A program made the position numbers and the translations under genes. The notes under the pieces are model-generated. The model ran no database searches. It was given only the letters and a program-made list of their open reading frames with translations, and was not told the origin of the DNA. DNA of 64,000 bases, taken from assembly GCA_963706565.1 (NCBI GenBank), contig CAVPMQ010000003.1, forward strand, positions 259,119-323,118. The letters run 5' to 3'. Below are positions 1 through 9,479 of the stretch, one piece after another. Each line of letters starts with the position of its first letter. Position 1 is the stretch's first letter. This stretch comes from an uncultured Solirubrobacterales bacterium (lineage in GTDB: Bacteria; Actinomycetota; Thermoleophilia; Solirubrobacterales; Solirubrobacteraceae).

Positions 1-87
1 GACGTCGGGGAGCGTGCGCTCGCCGGTCAGCTCCAGCGGCGGCACTCCGGCGGGCTGGTTGCGCTGAACGTACTCGTTCGCTGGCAA
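1..87 (-). CDS. N-terminus (partial) of class I SAM-dependent methyltransferase, Rv3030-like
   Basis: Hand translation from TTG at 87 gives LPANEYVQRNQPAGVPPLELTGERTLPDV, running off the window edge. LxLTGERTxPD is the N-terminal motif I recall for Rv3030-type methyltransferases. Confidence 0.65.
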   Translation of the reverse strand, partial: MPANEYVQRNQPAGVPPLELTGERTLPDV

Positions 88-114
88 GGTTCGACAGGGT
101 AATGTCCGCCGGCC

Positions 115-1035
115 ATGGAGGCAGTCCGGACGGCGGAGCAGATCCGCGATGTCAACACGCGTTACCACGACGCTGCGGCTTCGAGCTACGACACCAAGTG
201 GGGGATCGACTTCGGGGGTATCGGCCAGGCGCAGGTGCTCGGCAAGATGCGCAAGCTGCTCGGCTCAGAGCTCGACCGTGGCTATGACCGCTCGCTGGAG
301 ATCGGCGCCGGCACCGGCTACTTCAGCCTGAACCTGCTGCAGGCCGGCGCGGTGCGGCAAGCGACCTGCACCGACATCTCGCCCGGGATGGTGCGGACGC
401 TGCGATCGAACGCCGACGAGCTGGGACTGACCGTCAAGGCGGCGCGTGCGGACGCCGAATCGCTCCCGTTCGCGGATTCGAGCTTCGACCTCGTACTTGG
501 CCACGCGGTGCTGCATCACCTGCCCAACCTGCGGCGCGCGTTCGACGAGTTTCACCGGGTGCTGCGTCCGGGCGGGCGGATCGCGTTCGCCGGCGAGCCC
601 TCGCGGCTGGGCGACCGGCTGGCGGCGATCCCCAAGCGCACGGCGGTGTTCGTCTCGCCGGTATGGCGGGCACTGATGCGGGCGGGCCGGGCACCCGACG
701 AGGACGGGCGCGACGCGCCCGACCGCGAGCGGCGCGATCACGCGCTCGAGCCCTACGTCGACATCCATGCGTTCGCCCCCGGCGACCTGGAACGCCACGC
801 CCGGCGCGCCGGCTTCGAGCAGGTCACGGTCCGCGGCGAGGAGCTCGTCGCGAACTGGTTCGGTTGGTTCAACCGAGGGCTCGAGGCCACCGCCGAGCCC
901 GATGATGTGCCGATGCTGTGGCGCCGCTACGCGTTCAGCGGGTACCTCGCGCTCCAGCAGGTCGACAGCCACGTGCTCGAGTCGCGGCTGCCGCCGGCGA
1001 TCTTCTACAACCTGCTGCTGAGCGCCCGCAAGTAA
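115..1035 (+). CDS. Class I SAM-dependent methyltransferase (Rv3038c-like)
   Basis: SAM motif LEIGAGTG, plus DISPGM, DAESLPF, FDLVLGHAVLHH and LRPGGRIAFAGEP; N-terminal YHD..A..YD.KW. Confidence 0.85.
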   Translation: MEAVRTAEQIRDVNTRYHDAAASSYDTKWGIDFGGIGQAQVLGKMRKLLGSELDRGYDRSLEIGAGTGYFSLNLLQAGAVRQATCTDISPGMVRTLRSNADELGLTVKAARADAESLPFADSSFDLVLGHAVLHHLPNLRRAFDEFHRVLRPGGRIAFAGEPSRLGDRLAAIPKRTAVFVSPVWRALMRAGRAPDEDGRDAPDRERRDHALEPYVDIHAFAPGDLERHARRAGFEQVTVRGEELVANWFGWFNRGLEATAEPDDVPMLWRRYAFSGYLALQQVDSHVLESRLPPAIFYNLLLSARK

Positions 1036-1149
1036 CCGGCCGCCGGGTTCGTTGATTCGGCGACAAGCGCGCCTAGCTGGGGCGCGTTGGGGGCAGTTGA
1101 CGGGGACGCAGAGCGCGGCGCGGGCACCGTGCCAACGGAGGAGCCACTC

Positions 1150-2563
1150 ATGTTTTTCGCATCCTGTGGGCGATCGTCTGTACGACGCCGGCGCGCATGG
1201 TCTGGGCGTTTCGCCGTCGCCGCGACCGTCCTGTTGACCGTCGGTTCGATCGCCGGGCCCGCCGGCGCACAGTCACCGACGAGCGTCACGAGCCGAGCGC
1301 CAGCTCAGGCTGGCCCGTCATCAGCGCGAGGACGCGCGTCTCAGCGCGGCGCTCGCGCGAGCGGCCCGCAGCGCGCGGGCGCACGCGGCCGCCGGCGTGC
1401 CATGTACGCGCGGTGACGTGTTCCTCGCCGGAGGCGGCGCCATCCAGGAGTACTCCCCGAGCGGACAGCTGGTGCAGACGGTGGCCGGCACGACCGGGGC
1501 GGGCCCGATCTGCTTTGACCCCGACGGCGCGCACCTGATCGCCCCCGGAGTGGTCCACATCGACTATCATGCGGCTCTCCCGAGCTGTCTGGCACGAGAC
1601 ACGCTGAACTCGGTCCCGTACTCGATCACCAAGTACGACATCAATGGGAACGTCCTGCAGACGTTCAACATCAGCGACCGTGAATTCCATTCGCTGGCGA
1701 TCGACCTTGCGTCCGACCAGTGCACGATCTACTACGGCAGCTGGGGCGTGCCGGGCAACATGATCAACCGCCTCAATACGTGCACGAGCACGACCGGGAC
1801 GCCGTTCAACGGCGACAGCTTCGTCGACGACCTGCGGGTGCTGCCCGACGGACGGGTGATCGCGCTCGACGATTCCTACGCCCAGCTGTACGACGCATCT
1901 GGACAGACGATCCAGCAGAAGTACACGGCTCCGATCGACACGGACGCGCTGCGGACGATGAGCCTGGACCCGGACGGCAGCTCGGTCTGGCTCTGCTGTG
2001 GCGCCGACCGCAGCGGGGCCGTCCACGTCTACCGGTTCGACATCGCCAGCGGCCAGCTGCTGTCGGACTGGTCTCCGAGCGGTACCGCCGGCGGCTCGAT
2101 CGCGGTCTATGCCCCGCCGCTCGTCGGCGACGCCGACGTAGCCGGCACGGTTGATTCCGACACTTCCGGTACCGCCGAGGCGTTCTCGACCAAGGCGGGA
2201 TCCTCCGGACAGCTCACGCGCCTGCACCTGTACGTCGACGCCTCCTCGACCGCCACGCAGGCCGTCGTCGGGATCTACTCGAACAAGTCGGGTCACCCGA
2301 AGGCGCTCCTGGCCCAGGCCACGATCAGCGGCTTGCAGATCGGCAGCTGGAACTCTGTCGACGTCCCGGCGACGACCCTTGCCGGCGGCCAGCGTTACTG
2401 GCTCGCGGTGCTGGGGCCGAGCGGCGGCAAGCTGAGCTTCCGCGACGCCGCTTCCGGCGGCTCCGCGGAGACCAGCGCCAAGCACAATCTGACGACGCTG
2501 CCCGCCACCTGGGCGACCGGAAACACCTCGTCGTCCGGGTCGCTGTCGGCCTACGGGAGCTGA
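1150..2563 (+). CDS. Secreted protein with beta-propeller-like repeats and a C-terminal beta-sandwich domain (frameshift near 1400)
   Basis: GGAGGAG RBS, ATG at 1150 and a signal peptide (RRRRAWSGRFAVAATVLLTVGSIAGPAGA) in one frame. The body (ORF 1397..2563) is in another frame and has blade-like xYDxxGxxxQT repeats. Confidence 0.6.
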
Positions 2564-2591
2564 TCGGCCGACCGCAAATAAACTCCTGGGG

Positions 2592-3218
2592 GTGCCCGAC
2601 CAGGTTGTCAGTGAATTTCCGCTGTTCCCGCTGGCGCTCGTCGCGCTTCCCCACGAGCTGATCCCGCTGCACATCTTCGAGCAGCGCTACAAGACGATGA
2701 TGAACGAGTGCATCCGCAACGAGCGCGAGTTCGGGATCCTGTGGCTGGCCGACGACGGGTTGCGGGAGGTCGGATGCGCTTGTGAGATCTCCGAGGTGCT
2801 CGAGCAGATGGAGGACGGCCGAATGAACCTGGCCACGCGAGGAACGCGGCCGTTCCGCGTGCTCGAGCGCCAGGGCCATCTCCCATACCCGGCGGGCGTG
2901 ATCGAGTTCCTCGACGACCGCGACGAGGACGTCGACCCCGAGCTCGCCGACGCCGCCCATGAGGCCTACGGAGACCTCGTCAGGCGCGCCACCGATCGCG
3001 ATCCCGAAGCCGACGAGCTCGCTGAGATGAGTGCGTACGCGATGGCGGCGACGGTCGACTTCGGCCTGGACGCGAAGCAGGGGCTGCTCGATCTGCGCTC
3101 GGAGAACGCGAGGCTGCGGCTGGTCACGAGGTTGTTCCGGGCCGCGATCAAGCGGCTTGACTTCGTCGATCGAGCCCAGGCCCGGGCTCGCTCCAACGGC
3201 CGCGTACGGCTGCGATAA
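2592..3218 (+). CDS. LON peptidase substrate-binding (N-terminal) domain protein
   Basis: FPLFPL..VALP.E.IPLHIFE.RY..M motif; GTRPFRV. Confidence 0.9.
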   Translation: MPDQVVSEFPLFPLALVALPHELIPLHIFEQRYKTMMNECIRNEREFGILWLADDGLREVGCACEISEVLEQMEDGRMNLATRGTRPFRVLERQGHLPYPAGVIEFLDDRDEDVDPELADAAHEAYGDLVRRATDRDPEADELAEMSAYAMAATVDFGLDAKQGLLDLRSENARLRLVTRLFRAAIKRLDFVDRAQARARSNGRVRLR

Positions 3219-3225
3219 GGCGAGC

Positions 3226-3660
3226 TCAGCCGGACAGCCCGCACGGACCCTGGGCGGCCTGAGCGGCGAACAGCTCGGCCCGCGACAGCTCGGGGAACTT
3301 CGGGTTGCGCGCGGCGGCGGTGTCGCTGAACGTCAGCGTCCCGTCCTGGAGCTGGACTCGGTAGGTGAACACCTTGGCGGGCGCGGGGAAGCGGCGGTTG
3401 TCCTGGACGTCAGCGTCGAGGTCCTTGGCCAGGTCCCGGGCGTCGAGCAGCAGCGGATCGGCGATCGACTTGGGCTTGGAGCCGTTACAGCGGATCGTGC
3501 CGCTGTCGTTGACGAGCAGCGTGAGCGTCTGGCCCTGTCCGGTGCGGTGCAGGACGAACAGATCGGGCGAGGCGACGTCGAGCCCGCATCCGGCGATCGT
3601 GGCGCACGCCGTGGCGGCCGTGAGCGCGGCGAGCCCGATCCGAAACCAGTACGCGGTCAT
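3226..3660 (-). CDS. Hypothetical lipoprotein
   Basis: Hydrophobic N-terminus with IAGC lipobox-like motif; fills the gap between neighbouring genes. Confidence 0.6.
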   Translation of the reverse strand: MTAYWFRIGLAALTAATACATIAGCGLDVASPDLFVLHRTGQGQTLTLLVNDSGTIRCNGSKPKSIADPLLLDARDLAKDLDADVQDNRRFPAPAKVFTYRVQLQDGTLTFSDTAAARNPKFPELSRAELFAAQAAQGPCGLSG

Positions 3661-3764
3661 CTCCCCATCGTGCCGAATCCCGGTCTCGTGCCGCGCGGCG
3701 CAGCTAACATGCCCCCAAGCTCGGACGCCGAGGACGGATCCTCGGGGGCGCCGGGTGAGACGCC

Positions 3765-4637
3765 ATGCATCCGATTTCCTACTTCCAGGCCATCGTGCTC
3801 GGACTGCTCCAAGGAGCGTCCGAGCTGTTCCCGATCTCGAGCCTCGGGCACGCGGTGATCGCCCCTCGCCTGTTCGGCTGGGACATTCATCAGAACGACA
3901 CGTTCTTCCTAACGTTCCTGGTCGCGGTACACCTGGCCACGGCGCTGGTGCTGCTGGGCTTCTTCTGGCACGACTGGGTCCGGATCGTCAAGGGCTTCTT
4001 CCGCACAGTCCGCGAGCGGGGGATCGATCCCGCCGACGCCGACGCGCGGCTGGCCTGGCTGCTGATCGCGGGGACGATCCCGGCCGGGATCATCGGCCTG
4101 GTGCTCGAGCATCCGCTGCGCAAGCTGTTCGCGTCGCCGGAGTACGCGGCGGTGTTCCTGATCGTCAACGGGCTGCTCCTGTTCGGCGCAGAGCGACTGC
4201 GCCGCCGTGCTCCCGACGCGCCCGAACGCGAGGCCGACGAGGACTTCCGGATCGCGCACCGGATGAGCTTCCGGCAGGCCGTCGGCGTCGGGGCGGCGCA
4301 GGCGCTGGCGCTGATCCCCGGCATCTCCCGTTCCGGGGTGACGATGGGCGGCGGGCTGATGGTCGGCCTGAACAACCGCGACGCCGCGCGCTTTGGATTC
4401 CTGCTGGCCACGCCGATCATCGGCGCCGCCGCGCTGCTGAAGCTGCCCGAGCTGTTCGGCCACGACGGCGATGGCGTGCGTGGCCCGGCACTCGTGGCGG
4501 CGCTGTGCGCGGCGGGCAGCGCGTTCCTGTCGGTGCGGTTCCTGATGCGGTTCTTTGAGACCAACCGGCTGACGCCGTTTGCGATCTACTGCGTGGTCGC
4601 CGGGACCGCCTTGACGATCGGGTTCGCAGTCACCTAG
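3765..4637 (+). CDS. uppP: Undecaprenyl-diphosphate phosphatase (BacA/UppP)
   Basis: QGASELFPISSLGH and ALIPGISRSG motifs; multiple TM helices. Confidence 0.95.
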   Translation: MHPISYFQAIVLGLLQGASELFPISSLGHAVIAPRLFGWDIHQNDTFFLTFLVAVHLATALVLLGFFWHDWVRIVKGFFRTVRERGIDPADADARLAWLLIAGTIPAGIIGLVLEHPLRKLFASPEYAAVFLIVNGLLLFGAERLRRRAPDAPEREADEDFRIAHRMSFRQAVGVGAAQALALIPGISRSGVTMGGGLMVGLNNRDAARFGFLLATPIIGAAALLKLPELFGHDGDGVRGPALVAALCAAGSAFLSVRFLMRFFETNRLTPFAIYCVVAGTALTIGFAVT

Positions 4638-4651
4638 GCCGAGTGCTGGAC

Positions 4652-4680
4652 GTTTAAGCGAAGCCCTGCTTCGTTAAAAC
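4652..4680. terminator. Hairpin between convergent uppP and ggt (possible bidirectional terminator)
   Basis: GTTTAAGCGAAGC-CCT-GCTTCGTTAAAAC imperfect inverted repeat with A/T-rich flanks. Confidence 0.5.
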
Positions 4681-4690
4681 ATCCACCCTC

Positions 4691-6181
4691 CTAGGTCACG
4701 ACGACCGCGGCGCCGCCTCGCCGCGGGTCCCCTCCGCCCCAGAAGCACCCGTCAGCATCGCGCTCGACGGCCTGTGCGCCCCCGAAGAACAGGTTGAGGT
4801 CGCGGAACCGGGCGATCTCGCGGCCGCCCGCCTCCAGAACCCCGGTGTCGATCCCCGGCTCGGCGTAGACCACGCCGTCCTCCCAGTGCAGCCTGGGCGC
4901 GCGGACCGCGTCCCCAGCCCGCAACCCCTCGTCGACCACCCGGATGATCGTCTGCAGGATCGCTGAGCGGATCCGGTTCGATCCCGCGCTCCCCACGGCC
5001 AGCTCGGGCGTCCCGTCGCGCATCAGGATCGTCGGCGCCATCATGCTCGGCAGCCGCCGGCCCGGCGGGTGGCGGTGGAAGCCGAGCGGGTTGAGGTCCT
5101 GCTCGCCGAGCATGTTGTTCAGGTGCACGCCGGTCCCCGGGACGACGATCCCCGAGCCCTCGCCGTTGGAGCAGGTGACCGAGCACGCCCAACCTTCGCG
5201 GTCGAGCACGGCGATATGGGTGGTCGAGCCCAGCCGCCCGGCGCCGGCCAGGAACCGCCGCACGAACTCGGGGTCGTCGAGCCCCTCGAGGAACTCGGTG
5301 GTGCGCTCGCGCTGGGTGCGCTCCATCACGTCGACGATCGCCGCCAGCGCAGGGGGACCCGGCGCCGCATCGAGCATCGCCAGTGCCCGCGCGATCAGGA
5401 TCCCGCCCGCCGACGGCGGCGCGTTGGTCAGCACCTCGCGCCCTCGGTACGGGACGCGGACGGGCTCGCGATCGACGACCTCGTAGGCGGCGAGGTCGGC
5501 CGCGGTCAGCATCGCTCCGCGGGCGCTCACCCAGTCGACGATCGCGGCCGCGATGTCGCCCGTGTAGAACGCCCCCGAGCCCTCGGCCGCAAGCAGCTCG
5601 ATCGCATCGGCGAGCTCCGGCTGGCAGATCCGCTCGCCCGCCCGCAGCACCCGCCCGTCGGGGGCGTACAGCTCGCGGCACTCCGGGGTGGCGGTGACGA
5701 TCCCGGCCAGGATCTCGACCACGTAGGCCTGTGCGGGGTTGAGCTCGACCCCGTCGCGGGCCAGCCGCGCGGCCGGCGCCACCAGCTCGGCCAGCGGCAC
5801 CCGGCCGAACCGCGCCGAGGCCTCGCACAGCCCCGCCGGCACCCCGTAGGCGCCGACCGAGGCGGCGCCGATGTTGAACACCTGCTCGGCGTCGCCGAAG
5901 GAGACGTCGATCGGAACCAGGTCCGAGCGGACGGCGGGGTCGGCGCCCCGGCCCGGCGCCTCCACGAAGAAGTCCAGTAGCGACGGCCGGCCGTCGGGAC
6001 CGACCACGAGCATGTAGCCGCCCGCTCCCAGACCGGTCAGCAGCGGCTCGCACGAGAACGACGCCAGCATCGCGCCGAGCGCCGCGTCCACGGCGTTGCC
6101 GCCTGCGCGCAGCACATCGGCCCCCGTGCGGGCGGTCAGCGGGTGGCCCGCTGCGATGACGCCGAGCTGCGGCCCGGCCAC
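4691..6181 (-). CDS. ggt: Gamma-glutamyltransferase
   Basis: GGNAVDAA, catalytic STTHIAVLD, LNNMLGE, PSMMAPT and GGGDPRRGG motifs; GTG at 6181 follows the ftsZ stop. Confidence 0.9.
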   Translation of the reverse strand: MAGPQLGVIAAGHPLTARTGADVLRAGGNAVDAALGAMLASFSCEPLLTGLGAGGYMLVVGPDGRPSLLDFFVEAPGRGADPAVRSDLVPIDVSFGDAEQVFNIGAASVGAYGVPAGLCEASARFGRVPLAELVAPAARLARDGVELNPAQAYVVEILAGIVTATPECRELYAPDGRVLRAGERICQPELADAIELLAAEGSGAFYTGDIAAAIVDWVSARGAMLTAADLAAYEVVDREPVRVPYRGREVLTNAPPSAGGILIARALAMLDAAPGPPALAAIVDVMERTQRERTTEFLEGLDDPEFVRRFLAGAGRLGSTTHIAVLDREGWACSVTCSNGEGSGIVVPGTGVHLNNMLGEQDLNPLGFHRHPPGRRLPSMMAPTILMRDGTPELAVGSAGSNRIRSAILQTIIRVVDEGLRAGDAVRAPRLHWEDGVVYAEPGIDTGVLEAGGREIARFRDLNLFFGGAQAVERDADGCFWGGGDPRRGGAAVVVT

Positions 6182-6186
6182 CGCTG

Positions 6187-7590
6187 CTATCGCCTGGGGA
6201 TGAACTCTGGGACGTCGAGCTCGCCCGGTGACCTGGCCGGGCGGCGGTCGCGCATCCGGCTCACCCGCGGCTCGCCTCTCGGCTCGCGCAGCCGCTCGTC
6301 GGTCGTGCGCTCGCTGACGTCGAAGCCCGGACGCTCGCCCCCGCGGCGGCGCTGGCCGTCGTAGCCGGTGGCCACGACGGTGACCCACACCTGGTCGTCG
6401 AGCTTCTCGTCGAGCATCGCGCCGAAGATGATGTTGGCGTCGGGGTGCGCGGCCTCGGCCACCGCCTTGGCGGCCTCGTTGACCTCCCACAGCGACAGGT
6501 CACGCCCACCGGTGATCGACAGCAGGATCGAACGTGCCCCCTCCATGCTCGTCTCCAACAGCGGCGAGGACACCGCCTGCTCGGAGGCGTCGATCGCACG
6601 GCGATCGCCGACACCCATCCCGATCCCCAGCAGCGCGTTGCCGGCGCCGGCCATGATCGTGCGCACGTCGGCGAAGTCGAGGTTGATCAGGCCGGGCAGC
6701 GTGACCAGGTCGGAGATCCCCTGCACGCCCTGGCGCAGCACGTCGTCGGCGACGCGGAACGCCTCGACCATCGAGGTGTTGCGCTCGAGCACGGTCAGCA
6801 GCCGGTTGTTGGGGACGACGATCAACGTGTCGACCTCATCGGCCAGCGCCTCGATCCCGGCCTCGGCCTGGGCGCGGCGCCGCGAGCCCTCAAACTGGAA
6901 CGGCCGGGTGACGATCCCCACCGTCAGCGCGCCGATCTCGCGGGCGATCTGGGCTACGACCGGAGCGGCGCCCGTACCGGTTCCCCCGCCCGCGCCGGCG
7001 GCGATGAAGATCATGTCCGAACCGCGCAGCATCGCCTTGATCCGGTCGTATTCCTCGCGCGCGGCCTGGCGGCCGAGATCGGGGTTGGAGCCGGAGCCAA
7101 GACCGCGGGTGATCGAGTCGCCGATGTGCAGCGTCTCGTGAGCGGCGGACTGCTGCAGCGACTGCAAGTCGGTGTTGATCGCCAGGAACTCGACGCCCGC
7201 GATCTCGGCCTCGACCATCCGGTTGACCGCGTTGACGCCGGCGCCACCGACGCCAACGACGCGCAGCACCGGGCCGCCGAGCTGCGGCGCGGGCGGCTGG
7301 ATCGCGTCCGGCCGCGCGTACACATCGGGCTCCGGCCCCGGCTCGGATTCGGGCCCGGGCTCGGGCTCGGGCTTGCGGGGCTCCAACACGTTTTCGGGGA
7401 TGTCCGCCGAGAACGCGTTGCGCAGACGCTCCTGCGGCGAAGGCACGGGACGCTCGTCGGCCGGCGTCGAACCCTGCGCCTGCGGTTCGGCGGCGGGCTG
7501 CTGCTCGGGAGCGCCGGTGTCCTCGGCCGTCTTGCGAAACAGGGCGGTCAGTGGTCCCTCGCGCATGCTGGCGCGCTTAGCGTTTGGCAT
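6187..7590 (-). CDS. ftsZ: Cell division GTPase FtsZ with ~105-aa N-terminal extension
   Basis: VVGVGGAGVNAVNRM, tubulin signature GGGTGTG, INLDFADV and C-terminal peptide ELDVPEFIPRR; GGAGG RBS upstream of 7590. Confidence 0.95.
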   Translation of the reverse strand: MPNAKRASMREGPLTALFRKTAEDTGAPEQQPAAEPQAQGSTPADERPVPSPQERLRNAFSADIPENVLEPRKPEPEPGPESEPGPEPDVYARPDAIQPPAPQLGGPVLRVVGVGGAGVNAVNRMVEAEIAGVEFLAINTDLQSLQQSAAHETLHIGDSITRGLGSGSNPDLGRQAAREEYDRIKAMLRGSDMIFIAAGAGGGTGTGAAPVVAQIAREIGALTVGIVTRPFQFEGSRRRAQAEAGIEALADEVDTLIVVPNNRLLTVLERNTSMVEAFRVADDVLRQGVQGISDLVTLPGLINLDFADVRTIMAGAGNALLGIGMGVGDRRAIDASEQAVSSPLLETSMEGARSILLSITGGRDLSLWEVNEAAKAVAEAAHPDANIIFGAMLDEKLDDQVWVTVVATGYDGQRRRGGERPGFDVSERTTDERLREPRGEPRVSRMRDRRPARSPGELDVPEFIPRR

Positions 7591-8344
7591 TTGAGAGGAC
7601 CTCCTTAGCGAGCTGCCGGTAGGCGTGTGCTGCCAGACCGTCGGGATCGTACTTCAGCACGGACATTCCTTTCACAGGAGCCTCGGCGAATCGCACGGTC
7701 TTGCGGATCCTTGACGCGAACACCCGGTCTCCGAAGTTCTCCTCCAGCAGTTCGATTGCCTCCTTGGCGTGCAGCGTCCGAGTGTCGACGAGCGTCGGCA
7801 GGATCCCCTCGATGTCGACGTCCGGGTTCAGGTTCTCGCGGACCATCGCCAAGGTGTTCTGGAGCTGGATCAGGCCGCGCATCGACAGATATTCGCACTG
7901 CACGGGGACGATTACCTTGTCCGACGCGGTCAGCGCGTTGATCGTCAGCAGCCCCAGGCTAGGCGGCGTGTCGATGAACACGAAGTCGTAGTCCTCGTCG
8001 ACTTCCTTGAGCGCCTTCTCGAGCACGCGCTCGCGGCCGATCATCGTCGACATCGCGATCTCGGCCCCAGCAAGATCGATCGACGCGCAGGCCACGTCGA
8101 CCTCGCGCTTGCGGATCACCTCGCGGATCGAGATCTTGTGCACCAGAACGTCGTACATCGACTTCTCGAGCGTGTCGGGGTCGATCCCCTGCGACATCGT
8201 CAGGTTTCCTTGCGGGTCCATGTCGGCGCAGAGCACCCGGTGGCCCTCCTCGGCGAACGCGACAGCGAGGTTCAGCGTGGTCGTCGTCTTGGCGACGCCG
8301 CCCTTCTGGTTGGCGAACGTGATCACCTTCGGGCTCGAACTCAT
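7577..8344 (-). CDS. ParA/Soj family ATPase
   Basis: Deviant Walker A NQKGGVAKTT, DMDPQGN, IDTPPSLG and FAEAP; ATG at 8344; stop overlaps the ftsZ start. Confidence 0.93.
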   Translation of the reverse strand: MSSSPKVITFANQKGGVAKTTTTLNLAVAFAEEGHRVLCADMDPQGNLTMSQGIDPDTLEKSMYDVLVHKISIREVIRKREVDVACASIDLAGAEIAMSTMIGRERVLEKALKEVDEDYDFVFIDTPPSLGLLTINALTASDKVIVPVQCEYLSMRGLIQLQNTLAMVRENLNPDVDIEGILPTLVDTRTLHAKEAIELLEENFGDRVFASRIRKTVRFAEAPVKGMSVLKYDPDGLAAHAYRQLAKEVLSNAKR

Positions 8345-8460
8345 CACGCGCCTGTATTCGCAGCGATACGCGGGAATCCTCCGCGCCGTATGCCAATCCG
8401 CAGCCGCGTCGGGGACGACCGGGGGCATGATCGCCCCTCGCCTCGGTAACTTGACCTCTC

Positions 8461-9479
8461 GTGCGTGAGCTTCTGGACCGACGCCTGGTGTTCGTGACCG
8501 GCAAGGGCGGCGTCGGAAAATCGACCGTCGCGATCGCGCTGGGCATGCTGGCCGCCCGGCGCGGACAGCGCACGATCGTGGCCGAGCTGGCCAGCCAGGA
8601 GCGCGTCCAGCGCACCTTCGACCGCCAGGGCGAGCGCTTCGAGGAGATCGAGCTGGTCCCGGGGCTGTTCACGATCTCGATCGACCCGCAGCTGGCGATG
8701 GAGGAGTACCTCCGGGTCAAGACCGGCTCGGTCGGCCAGATGCTCGGATCAAGCCGGCTGTTTCACGCGTTCGCGATGGCCACGCCGGGGATGCGGGAGC
8801 TGCTGAGCATGGGCAAGGTGTGGGAGCTGGCCCAGCTCGAGCGGCGAAGCACCGGCGGAGCCCCGTACGACTTCGTGGTCGTCGATGCCCCCGCCACCGG
8901 ACACGGCGTCGGGATCCTGCGCACGCCCAAGACGTTCGCCGACATCGCCTTGGCCGGACCGATCGCGCGACAGGCCGCGCGGATCGCCGGCTCGATCGCC
9001 GACCGCAACTTCACCGGCGTGGTCGCGGTCGCGACCCCGGAGGAGATGGCGGTCAACGAGACGGTCGCGCTGCGTGACGCGCTGGCTCGCGACGAGATGG
9101 CGCTCGACCTGGCGATCGTCAACGCGCTTTACCGCGAGCGCTTCGACGCCGCCGAGGTGGCCGAGCTCGACGCGGCGCTACCCGGACCCGGTCGCCGCTG
9201 GTCCGGTCGGCGCTCAAAGCCGCGCTGTCCGAGCACGCCCGGGCCGCGACCCAGCGCGAGCAGCGCGGCCGGCTCGGTGACGAGCTCGACACCCCGATCG
9301 TCGAGCTGCCCTACGTGTTCGCCGACCACCTCGGGCGGGCCGAACTCGAGCTGCTGGCCAACGACCTCGAGGCCGGAATGACCGCAGCGCAGTCGCGCAA
9401 CGGAGCGTCTGTCAACGGGCGGCCAGCGCCGCCGCCCGGGTACCGGCCCGCAGGCCCGACTCGATCGCCCCGTCAATGA
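8461..9479 (+). CDS. ArsA/GET3-family ATPase (Rv3679-like; frameshift near 9185)
   Basis: FVTGKGGVGKST, VDAPATGH and PEEMAVNET motifs. The shifted frame gives ...ELPYVFADHLGRAELELLANDL and reaches TGA at 9477-9479. Confidence 0.8.

Noticed and set aside
7325-7375. GGCTCG-type short tandem repeats
   Set aside because: They encode the low-complexity EPEPGPES linker of FtsZ and are not an independent element.
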